DNA of 64,000 bases, taken from Squalus acanthias (taxonomy: Eukaryota). Below the pieces are notes generated by a model, which did not search any database, was not told the origin of the DNA, and saw only the letters and a list, made by a program, of their open reading frames with translations. The stretch is taken from assembly GCA_030390025.1 (NCBI GenBank), contig CM059425.1, positions 30,134,001 to 30,198,000 on the forward strand, in the 5' to 3' direction. Below are positions 50,890-61,769 of this stretch, one piece after another; position 1 is the first letter of the stretch, and each line of letters opens with the position of its first letter. A program made the translations under genes and the position numbers.

Positions 50890-51960
50890 TTGTTTTATTC
50901 GTTCCTGGAATGTGGGCGTCACTGACAGCGCCAGCATTTATTGCCCATCCCTAACTGCCCTTGAGAAGGTGGTGGTGAGCTACCTTCTTGAACCGCTGCA
51001 GCCCTTGTGGTGAAGCTACTCCCACAGTGCTGTTAGGGAGGGAGTTCCAGGATTTTGACCCAGTGACGATATATTTCCACATCAGGATGGTGTGGAACTT
51101 GCAGGTGATGGTGTTCCCATGTGCCTGCTACCCTTGTCCTTCTAGGTGGTAGAGGTCGTGGGTTTGGGAGGTGCTGCCGAAGAAGCCTTGGCGAGTTGCT
51201 GCAGTGCATCTTGTAGATGGTACACACTGCAGCCACGGTACCCCGGTGGTGGAGGGAGTGAATGCTTAAGGTGGTTGATGGGGTGCCAATCAAGTGGGCT
51301 GCTTTGTCCTGGATGGTGACTAACTTCTTGAGCGTTGTTGGAGCTGCACTCATCCAACACCACACATTAGGAAGGATGTCAAGGCCTTGGATATCCTCTG
51401 GTGGGTCTGTCCTGCCAGTGGGATGGTGATGGAGGAGTCTGGGACATTGGCTGAAAGGTATGATTCTGTGAGTATGACTATGTCAGGCTGTTGCTTGACT
51501 AGTCTGTGGACTGCTCTCCCAATTTTGGCACAAGTCCCCAAATGTTAGTGAGGAGGACTTTGCAGGGTCAACTGGGCTGGGTGTGCCATTGTCATGTCCA
51601 AAGCCAGTGCTGAGGTCGATGCTGGGTGGCCCATCCGGTTTTATTCTTATTATTGTTTCTCATAGTGGTTTATTACAACTGAGTGGCTTGCTAGGCCATT
51701 TCAGAGGACAGTTAAGAGTCAACCACATTGCTGTGGGTCTGGAGTCACATATAAGTCAGAACAGGTAAGGACAGCAGATTTCCTTCCCTAAAGGACATTA
51801 GTGAACCAGATGGGTTTTTACAACAATCCTACAGTTTCACGGTTAACATTACTAATACTAGCTTTTTATTCCAGATTTATTTAATTAACTGAATTTAAAT
51901 TCCTCAGCTGTCATGGTGGGATTTGAACTCACAGCTCTGGATTACTAGTCCAGTGACATA
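50890..51960 (-). mobile_element. Internally deleted non-LTR retroelement: tRNA-derived head, start of APE endonuclease, ORF C-terminus and 3' UTR (clade uncertain, possibly RTE-X)
   Basis: B-box GTTCAAATCC (51919-51928, minus); HRLVKQQPDIVILTESYL endonuclease motif; IHSLHHR..VAAVCTIYKMHC C-terminus; 3' UTR repeated at ~53845-54105. Confidence 0.75.
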
Positions 51961-52526
51961 ACCACTATGCCTCCGTTCCCTATAACCACTATGCCACCGT
52001 TCCCTATAACCACTATGCCTCTGTTCCCTATAACCACTATGCCTCTGTTCCCTATAACCACTATGCCTCCGTTCCCTATAACCACTATGCCACCGTTCCC
52101 TATAACCACTATGCCTCTGTTCCCTATAACCACTATGCCTCCGTTCCCTATAACCACTATGCCTCCGTTCCCTATAACCACTATGCCACCGTTCCCTATA
52201 ACCACTATGCCTCTGTTCCCTATAACCACTATGCCTCCGTTCCCTATAACCACTATGCCTCCGTTCCCTATAACCACTATGCCTCCGTTCCCTATAACCA
52301 CTATGCCACCGTTCCCTATAACCACTATGCCTCTGTTCCCTATAACCACTATGCCTCCGTTCCCTATAACCACTATGCCTCCGTTCCCTATAACCACTAT
52401 GCCACCGTTCCCTATAACCACTATGCCTCCGTTCCCTATAACCACTATGCCTCTGTTCCCTATAACCACTATGCCTCCGTTCCCTATAACCACTATGCCA
52501 CCGTTCCCTATAACCACTATGCTACC
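51958..52526. repeat. 24-bp minisatellite, about 23.5 units (ataaccactatgcc[t/a]c[c/t]gttccct)
   Basis: Read directly; three unit variants; continuous with the tRNA-like head of the adjacent element. Confidence 0.97.
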
Positions 52527-52612
52527 TGGGGAAAGCGCTGGGAGAAAAATCGGGTGAGGAGGATTGCATGCTCGTTATGCACTTCGCCTGATTTTTCCTT
52601 CCATTTAAAAGA

Positions 52613-53070
52613 AAAAGAAAGACTTGCATTTATATAGCGCCTTTCATGACCACCGGATGTCTCAAAGCACTTTACAGCCAATGAAGTACAGTCACTGTTG
52701 TAAGGTGGGAAACGCGGCAACCAATTTGCACACAGCAAGGTCCCACAAACAGCAATGTGATAATGACCAGATAATCTGTTTTTGTTATGTTGGTTGAGGG
52801 ATAAATATTGGCCAGGACACCAGGGATAACACCCCTGCTCTTCTTTTGAAATAGTGCCATGAGATCTTTCACGTCCACCTGAGAGAGCAGACGGGGCCTC
52901 GGTTTAGCGTCTCATTTGAAAGACAGCACCTCTGACAGTGCAGCACTCCCTCAGCACTACACTGGAGTGTCAGCCTAGCTTTAATGTGCTCATGCCCCTG
53001 GAGTTGGGACTTGAACCCACAACCTTCTGACTCAGAAGCAAGTGTGCTACCCACTGAACCACAGCTGACA
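52613..53070 (-). mobile_element. DeuSINE (SacSINE1-like), near full length
   Basis: Minus-strand head TGTCAGCTGTGGTTCAGTGGGTAGCAC..GGGTTCAAGTCCC (A and B boxes), conserved core, and L2-type tail GCGCTATATAAATGCAAGTCTTTC. Confidence 0.85.
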
Positions 53071-53844
53071 TTTAAATGAATCAGAGGATAATTGGGCAGG
53101 CTCTGTTACAGCCGTGCAATTCCCCCGCTCGTATTTTCTCTCTATGCTCTGAGAAGATATACCTTACCTCCAGGTGATACATACAAACATTTACCCCAGT
53201 GTTTAATCATGATTCTGCCTCACTCAATGATGATTCAATCAGATGCAGCCCAGTCACCAGGATCCAGCCCACAGTTCCAAAAGGCTGGAGACTCTGACCT
53301 CTGCAATGCAAAATATAAGGAATGTGTCAATGCTGAAGGTGCACAGCAAGAGTTACTTGCCTACTACCATTCTAACGTCAGCCCCATAATTATTTTTCTA
53401 GTCTGACAGCTACCATTGTCTTTGAGGCTAGTCTGCTTGGAAGTTTAGCTTTATTATTAGTAAATCTTATTTACTTTTAAATTCCTTTCTGCTGAAAGGT
53501 GCAGGTGAGCAACTTTAGATGCCCAATTTATCTGGGCAAAATTCTGCTCATGTGTAATTCCTGTGCAAAGATCAGAAAATGATATATAGATATGTAAATA
53601 ACATCACCGTTGCCATATTATATTGCTAGTGAATTGGCTGTATATAGAAATTTAATTTAAAGGGTAAAAGGATTTAGTGAGAAATTTTCAGGCCACTTCT
53701 GCAAAATATTCCTGTTTTTTTATTTTTGTATTCTTTTTTCTGCTCCCATTTAAGCTTTCAGAAACCTTTTAGGTAATTATTCTGCTGCTGCTGTTTTTCC
53801 CCTACAGCTCCAAAAGTAAAGCAAATGGGTTTCCCCATGGGAAT

Positions 53845-54105
53845 TTTTTTTAAATTTGTTTATGGGATGTGGGCATCGCTGGCAAGGCCAGCATTTATTG
53901 CCCATCCCTAATTGCCCTGGAGAAGGTGGTGGTGAGCTGCCTTCTTGAACCGCTGCAGTCCGTGTGGTGAAGGTACTGCCACAGTGCAGTAAGGGAGGGA
54001 GTTCCAGGATTTTGACCCAGCGATGATGAAGGATCGGCGATATACTTCCAAGTCAGGATGGTGTGTGATTTGGAGGGGAACTTGGAAGTGGTGGTGTTCC
54101 CATCA
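53845..54105 (-). mobile_element. 3' end of the same non-LTR family as 50890-51960
   Basis: gccagcatttattgcccatccctaa..gagaaggtggtggtgagct..ttcttgaaccgctgcag is shared. Confidence 0.8.
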
Positions 54106-56244
54106 GCCTATATCTAAGCATTTCGGAGGAAGGAGGACCAAGAGAGAGATTTCAGACAGGTCAGTCAGCACTCGAGGTGTTCTGTGCCCAGTCGCTGGCA
54201 CCCTCACACCTGTGCCTTCAGATCGAGGTGCTCATTGCTTTGTCAGGGAATAAGTGCTTGCAGAGGTTGCAATTCCCAAGGGAGGCTGTAACAGGAGACT
54301 CTGGCACGAAACAAGATGTGAAGGTCTGACTAACTGCGATGCTGATATGTTCCTGGGAAGCACTCCGATCACAGTATGCTTCGAGTGGTACTTCCTGAAA
54401 GAACAGTAGCCAGGATAATCGTCAGTCAGCATAGTCTGATTGACCGCACCGGCAAAATGCCACCAACCATGTTTGCTGGCCCCAGCACATCTACCTGGCA
54501 ATGTCCGTGGGGAATGGAATGCACAGGGTGGTAAGCCAGATACAGAGCTGTGTCATCTGCTGCAGGGACACTAGCTAACATGCAACATAGGGTTGACAGA
54601 GCCAGTGACAGCACCAATTAGCTGTGGCATCAAGCGTGTCTTCACCTCCTTCCAGGCATGCTACAATGCTGACCTGTGGGGATAGTGCCACCTACGTTCA
54701 GCAGCTTTCAAATGGAGACTCCGGTGTGGGCTGGTCCATCACATGTCTGCAGATTCTAATTCATGCTTCCAGATTAGATTTCCTTTCACTGTTGCTTTTT
54801 CCTCTCTTCCAAAAGCTGATAGTTTTTTTTTTGTTAGCCATTCTAAAGGCGTTAAGAATTTTCAGTCCTCTATTCCGTCACTTACCTTAAAATGTCCATA
54901 TCCCTTCAAATCGCAACTGAATTGCAATTTTCCAATTCTTTCCTCCTCCTCCTCTCAGCAGTAAGTTCCTGCTTTGCATGGGTCCAAAAGTACACTTGGA
55001 GCTGTGAATAATTATGCTAATGAGCTGACCATAGACATGCAAACACTGTCAGCACACTATGGAGGTATTTTTTGCCTTCCCTTGAATCAATGGAAATTAA
55101 AATCGGACAGCTTCTACCCACTGTCCAAGTAGTGAAGGGGAAAATTATTCCCTTCATTTCTGCTGAGCTTTGCACTTGTTTCTAACCATTCGGGAGTAAA
55201 CTGCACCCGCACTGGAAAACCTAAGCTATGCCCTGCTGTTTTCCCTTTCACACCCAGGCAGAATTTCTACGGTATTTTATTTTGTTTGTATTGTCATAAT
55301 CCATACAACCAGGTGTAAGGTCAGCAAGGGTTAGTCTTCACATTTATGTTTCCTAACGATGGAGCATAGGTGCAATAAGTTGCGTGACCTTAATCAGACA
55401 TTCATTCTGAATGATTGGTTGTGAGAGGCAATTCTATTGTAGTGCCTATCAAGAGTAAAAGGGAAATGTTAAGAGGGATAACAGGATGCTGAAATACATG
55501 ATAAGAATATTTTTCAAGTAATAAATAGTATAATGCTTTAGCAGGTGCACTACTCACAGTGAATGGTGTTGTCAGGAGCTATGTGATTGAATCACAGCAG
55601 CAGATAAAGGTTAGTGCACTGACTCGAGCTCCCAGCGGCCTGCTGACACAAGTGATAAGACTCAGACATTGACATGGTGGCACTACCCAGCCATTCGTAC
55701 AACGAACAGAATCTTACGGGAGACTGTATTACAGTTTCAGTCCTCTGCAGATTTTTCATCATAATATCCACTGGTGTACATTGTATGAATGTGCAATAAT
55801 GATTGACAGAACCCCGGGTGCCATTTTACCAGATTCCTGATATTTTCATTCTTAACACAATGTCGGTGCCAATAAGAAAATTGTGACAATTTCTGACATG
55901 TATAAACACGAAGCTTAATGCACATAATCATGCTGTGCGATGTTAGTAATGTGTTCACAAGAAATGCTTTTGCGTCCCATTTTAGCAGGTCAATGCCTTA
56001 GTTAAAGTCATGTCTTTGCTAATATTGCACATAACCCCGAGGGTTTGGAAATTCGACTTGTGCGGTAACGCGAAACAGGTGGTACTGCTGGGCTGTCTGT
56101 TATACAGCCTGCCCGATAGTCAGTTCTACTGAAGTCACTGGAACCGAATACCAGGTGAAGCGTCTAACAGGCGGCCTACACCACACTATTGGACTAATGA
56201 ATTTTAGGCACACTCATCGAGCAAGGCACTAACAGAGGAAATGG

Positions 56245-57185
56245 AGTAAAAACAGAAAATGCTGGAGATACTCAGCAGGTCAGGCAGCATCTGTGACGAG
56301 AGAAACAGAGTTAGCGTTTCAGGTCGATGACCTTTCGTCAGAACTGGAAAAAAACAGGAAATGGAACAGATTTTTAAGCAAGTGTAGGAGCTGGGAAAGG
56401 CGGGAGGGGATGAAAGAACAAAAGGGAAGGTCTGTGATAGGATGGAAGGCAGGAGAAGTTAAGAGACATTAAGAGATATTCAAGGCAAAAGGAGATGGTA
56501 ATGGGACAGGTTAAGAAACAAAGGATGGCTCTGGATGAAGTGTAAATTGCGCTGGCAGAATGAAAGACAGCTACCATGTGGGAGAGAAGAAAACACAAAC
56601 AAAAAAAAAGTGTGGAAAAAAAGTATATATGATAGGGGCTGAGGTTATGATCTGAAATTGTTGAACTCTATGTTGAGTCCAGAAGGCTGTAAAGTGCCTA
56701 ATTGAAAGATGAGGTGCTGTTCCTCGAGCTTACGTTGAGCTTCAGTGGAACAATGTAAGAGGCCTAGGATGGTGAGGTCTGAGTGGGAGTGGAGTGGAGA
56801 ATTAAAGTGACAAGCGACCGGAAGCTCGGGGTCCCCCTTACGGACTGAACGGAGGTGTTCCGCAAAGCAGGTCACCCAATCTGCGTTTGGTCTCCCCAAT
56901 GTAGAGGAGACCGCATCGTGAGCAGCGAATACAGTATATTAAATTGCAGGAAGTACAAGTAAATCACTGTTTCACCTGGAAGGGGTGTTTGGGGCCCTGG
57001 ACAGTGGGAAGGGGGGAGGTATAAGGGCATGTGTTGCATCACCTGCGCTTGCACGGGAAGGTGCTGGGCAAAGGGGAAGGGGTGTTGGGGGTGATAGAGG
57101 AGTGGACCAGGGTGTCGCGGAGGGAGCGGTCCCTTCGGAATGCTGAAAGGGGAGGTGAGGGGAAGATGTGTTTGGTGGTAGGATC
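56245..57185 (-). mobile_element. Penelope-like element, 5'-truncated: GIY-YIG endonuclease remnant and 3' repeat
   Basis: Manual translation of the minus strand gives FQVKQ*FTCTSCNLIYCIRCSRCGLLYIGETKRRLGD, then a frameshift into FAEHLRSV..PVACHFNS..RKLEEQHLIFQLGTLQPSGLN. Confidence 0.92.
56309..56345 (-). ncRNA. Minimal type-I hammerhead ribozyme motif (variant GCU triplet)
   Basis: AGUU-CUGACGA-A-AGGUC-auc-GACCU-GAAAC-GCU-AACU, about 300 nt downstream of the endonuclease stop codon. Confidence 0.72.
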
Positions 57186-57219
57186 ACGAAATGGAAGTGG
57201 AAGCTTGGCTGTCTCTCTT

Positions 57220-57880
57220 TGAACATAAAAACATAAGAATTAGGAGCAGGAGTAGGCCATACGGCCCCTTGAGCCTGCTCCGCCATTCAATGAGATCATG
57301 GCTGATCTTTGACCTCCACTCCACTTTCCCACCCAATCTCCATATCCCTTGATTCCTCTAGAGTCCAAAAATCTATCTATCTCAGCCTTGAATATACTCA
57401 AAGATTCAGCATCAACAGTCCTCTGGGGCAGAGAATTCCAAAGATTCACAACCCACTGAGTAAAGAAATTCCTCCTCATCTCAGTCTAAAATGGCTGACC
57501 CCTTATCCTGAGACTGTGCCCCCTAGTTCTAGACTCTTCAGCCAGGGGAAACAACCTCTCAGCGTCTACCCTGTCACTCCCCCTCAGAATCTTAGATGTT
57601 TCAATGAGATCACCTCTCATTCTTCTAAACTCCAGAGAGTATAGGCCCAATTTACTCAATCTCTCCTCATAGGACAACCCTCTCATCCCAGGGATCAATG
57701 TAGTGAATCTTTCTTGCACCTCTAAGGCATGTATGTCCTTTCTTAGATAAGGAGATCAAAACTGTGCACAGTACTCCAGGTGTGCTCTCACCAAAGCCCT
57801 GTACAATTGTAGTAAGACTTCCTTACTCTTGTACTCCAACCCCCTTGCAATAAAGACCAACATGCCATTTGCCTTCCTAC
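57220..57880 (-). mobile_element. CR1 LINE 3' fragment
   Basis: LYSLEFRRMRGDLIET and RRNFFTQWVVNLWNSLP; tail aacataaaaacataagaa. Confidence 0.93.
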
Positions 57881-60800
57881 CTCTGGGGCAGTAATGAGGT
57901 TTCCTGATCAGACTGAAGTGTTTTTTTTTAAGTGTCCTTTCTCTTTCCTCTCTGTCTTTGTTCTGTCTCTCAAAGGGGGAGCAAAGTCTCCAGTGATGTT
58001 AATTATGGGGTACATCCCAAAGTGGCTCTATTGCAAATAGGGTTGGGAGGGGAAATGTTGCAGGACTTTAAACCAGGCTTAGAGCTGCTCTGAAGCTGCC
58101 TGACCCCCGGAAACCACACAATAGGCTGGAAGTGCTAATTTTTCAACTTGCAGCATGACTTTCCAGGATCTAAACCCTTTCTGTGTGCAATAGAACCACT
58201 TTGGGACACACAGGGATGTTCCCCATAATTGCTACCAGTGAAGTGGTCCAGCAGGGAGTGAGACCTTACTTGAGGCTCTGCCTGCCAGCAATAAAATGGA
58301 CATTCTTTAAAATGAAATCAAAGAAATTCTAGTGAAACTTATTTTCTTCCATAAAAAAGGGCAAGCACTCTAAGCAAAGAGTACTCTCCTTAGACATTCC
58401 TATATTTTAATGTAGTCTTTATCATGGCTTACTGCCCCATCTAGAATAATTTTACTTCGGGGAGAAGAATCGTCTGCTGCTCCTCAACAGCTGCTGATTT
58501 TTTTTTTTACAGTTTTAAAAATGATATGTACCTGCTATCACAAGCAGTTTTCCCTCTCCTGCTCAGTCTGTGCCTCCCACTTCCCCTTGCCATTGTCTCC
58601 ATCTTCTCTGTCTCTCCAAGATCTCACACCTCCTGTTTCCATGGCTCTATAGTTACTCCTCCCCATTCAAGTCTTGGTATCCTGCTTCCACATCTGACCC
58701 TCTGGAATATCTCCCTCTCAGATCCATAACCCTTGTACACTTTCTCAATGCTGTTTTCAACTTGCCCTCCCTTTTCCACTTGCTCCTTACCTGCCTCAAA
58801 CTGCCAAATGTCATCCTCCCCATGACTGTTTCGAACTTGCTCTTCCATGATGCATCCTCTTGGCACTCTCACAGTAAGATAGGGAGGAGCAGTATGGTGC
58901 CTATCCTAGCACTATCCATGCAATTGAAAACAGCCATTGGAATTCCTCATATAATTTTAATTTGATCTTGTTAAAATCTTCGTAGTCACCTGAGCACTTG
59001 ATAGAGTGAAACGGCCATGAACTCCAAAAGACCCCACCGATTTTTTTGTTCTGTAATGATACTTTTGTCCAACAAGAATTCTAAATTTAGATTTCAGCTT
59101 CACAGCAGAAAAACTTTCAATTTGTTGCTCATAATTATCATTTTTATTCTTTCAAGGCATGACTGCCATTTGTAGATGTTAATGTTATTATTTTATATGG
59201 CCAATTATATTAAATTTAGGCTTCTCCATATTCTCAAATCTTTTCCCCTACAGCAACCAATTAAGCTAAGCACTCACCATATTTCCTGATCCCTGACATA
59301 AAAACCTTCAGACTGCAGGCTGTGTTGAGTTATTTTGTCAATGCTGATTTTGATAGATATTTCATTAAAATTAATTAGCAGACGTTAAGTTGATGGCTTT
59401 ATGATGCCGCTTGTTTCTCCAAGATTACAAGTGGCTACGATTGAACGCTTCTTGTTAGTGAAACTAAAGGTTTGCAAATCTTTCACAGCTTTGAAGCTCA
59501 TACATGCCATTAGAATAAATATCAGAGTAAATCAGGTATCAAGAGATTTTGCTTCTACTATGTTACCATTTCTTATTTCCAAAGCTTGATCAATTACACA
59601 ATGCATTTAGAAGGCAACGGACTGTTAAAATAAATATTCAAATATTTTAATTTGACAAGTAGTTCTTTTCAGGGGCACTTCATGATTCATATAGTATTCC
59701 TATAATATACGCACTGCTCAAGTCCAGTATTGTGAACTAAAGATCATAAATTTTTTTTTAATTATAGACTGACACCAATTGACCAGTAGTTTCAAAAGGT
59801 AGTCTGGAGTAGCCTTCAATATGCACAGGAAGTGAAATGTGATACAGCGAATTACTTAACAGCCTTTAAATGGTTCTGCTGTCAGCAAAAGAGCAGTCTA
59901 CTTGCCACTAATTATTTGCAATAACGAAAAGTTATTTCAGCAGACAGGTGTCAAGGTTACAGCGCAATTTGTAGATGCTACTTATCGTGAAGCTGATGGG
60001 CAAATCAGCTGTCAGTCAAATATTTACTGGGAATGCAAGTAACTCGAGATAAAATGGATAATGCATCGGTTTACACCTTTTCAGAAAATAGAGAAATTAT
60101 TTCCGACATTATTGTAGTGTTGCTGTCTTGGGCTAATACAAAACTTTGAAAATTATGAAATTGTATATTTTTTTTACTATGTTTTAGTTAGACGAGGCAA
60201 TCAGACCGTTTTATGTTCAGCCACTGCATAAAGAAAATCAGCCTCCCTACCTTCCCACTCAGAAAAAATCGCATCATTGTGTTTTTTTTGTTTTACCTGT
60301 TTTTCTGCAACTAATATGATTAAATCAATTTACTTAAGTAATTTAATAATGCTTTTAAGATGTAAAGTTCAATAATGCAATGCATCAAGGACGATTTCTA
60401 ATGAGATAAAGCCGGGATTATCAGACGCAGTTATTGAAAGACTCCTTATCATCACGATAATTGATTACTTCAGGGACTGCGTCTTGCTCAGTTGATATTT
60501 GGCACGCTGGGCTCAGATTATCAAAGCTACATGCTAAAATTCTGTTTCTTGTCTCTGAGCCTAAGTTTATCAATGAGTTGTTTATTGCAGAGTCAGCATG
60601 AGTATTGATTGCTTGTGGTAACAAAATTATTTTACATCGTTAGAAAATGTATTAATGCAAAATAGTTTGACAGCAAAGTTGCAATAATCTATTTAGCCAT
60701 TTTTTCTTTCTCTGGGCAAAGTGTGCTGACTGCCATAAACATTGTCAGCTGCAATCAAAATGCAATGAAGACTCCATTTCTGTGAGTCCATTACAGCAAG

Positions 60801-61135
60801 TACTGCTACAGCCTAGTAGTACTAAAAAGATCTTGACAGATCCTGCTTTTAGTACAAAATCCAAAAATGATACTTAAAATAACTGAAAGATATGAGCGTT
60901 CAGCATCATTACTTGCTTTAGTTCACTGTGTTTGTCTCAAAGGCAAAACTATGCTCACTTTACTGGTTTGTGTACTTTTTATGCAACTTTACAGATTTTA
61001 TCCCCACTTGCTAATTTCACATACACTATTTCTTGCTGGAGCATCAATTTGCTTATAAGTACTTCATCAAATGAGAATACGTTCTACTTTTCCATCCAAT
61101 ATCAGTCACTTATTAATATTTGAATCCAGACACAT

Positions 61136-61335
61136 GGGGGGAATTTTAATGCCAAAAAAAACGGGTGGGTTGGGATCGGGTGGGAGGTTAAAGAGTTAAA
61201 AATCTGAATCCCAACCCGCCTCTAACATGCCCACTTCCGGTTTTAATGGAGGCGGGCAGCCAACCCGCTCGCAGGAGGCAGGTTGGCACTTTAAATATTA
61301 TAATGAGGCTCCGTGCCTCATGTTGATCCACCATT
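61136..61335. mobile_element. Left-end fragment of the 4000-4805 MITE family
   Basis: ggggggaattttaa..gggtgggttggg..aaaatctgaatccc..taaatattataatgaggct is shared. Confidence 0.7.
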
Positions 61336-61769
61336 CCAGCCTTTACAACAGCTTTCAAATTTAACACCTATTTACTTCCATTCTGCATTAAAAATTCCAC
61401 CTGTTTCCATTGCCAAGCATTAGGTTTTTTTCTACTTGTAATTGTAAAGATTACTGTATTGCTGCAGTATGGGACGGGCGGGAGGTATTGAGGAAGAAAA
61501 ATAAACACTTTGCTACAACCTTTTAAAGACATTGTGGTATGAATCATCAAGTATATCAATATCACAATCTAAGTCTGCAGGAAATCCCACTTCCCAGTGT
61601 GCGAACTCCTCGCAGTAGCCCAATGTCTGGCAGCAGCTTGCATGGAATAATTTCTGGCACAGACACGATGGGCTGAATGGCCTCCTTCTGTGCCGTAAAC
61701 TTCTATGATTCTATGAATTAATGAGTGTTGAACTCTGAAGTTTCCTGTCCCAAGGTTCCTAGAGGTTCC

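Noticed and set aside
51945..52557. 190/196-aa ORFs (VVIGNGGI)n and (MPPFPITT)n resembling a beta-helix protein, and a CRISPR-like appearance
   Set aside because: They are by-products of a 24-bp tandem unit without stops; there are no unique spacers and no cas genes, and the unit derives from a tRNA-like head.
52990..53070. tRNA gene
   Set aside because: The A and B boxes belong to a SINE head attached to the Deu-like core and L2 tail; the same applies to ~8950 and ~51920.
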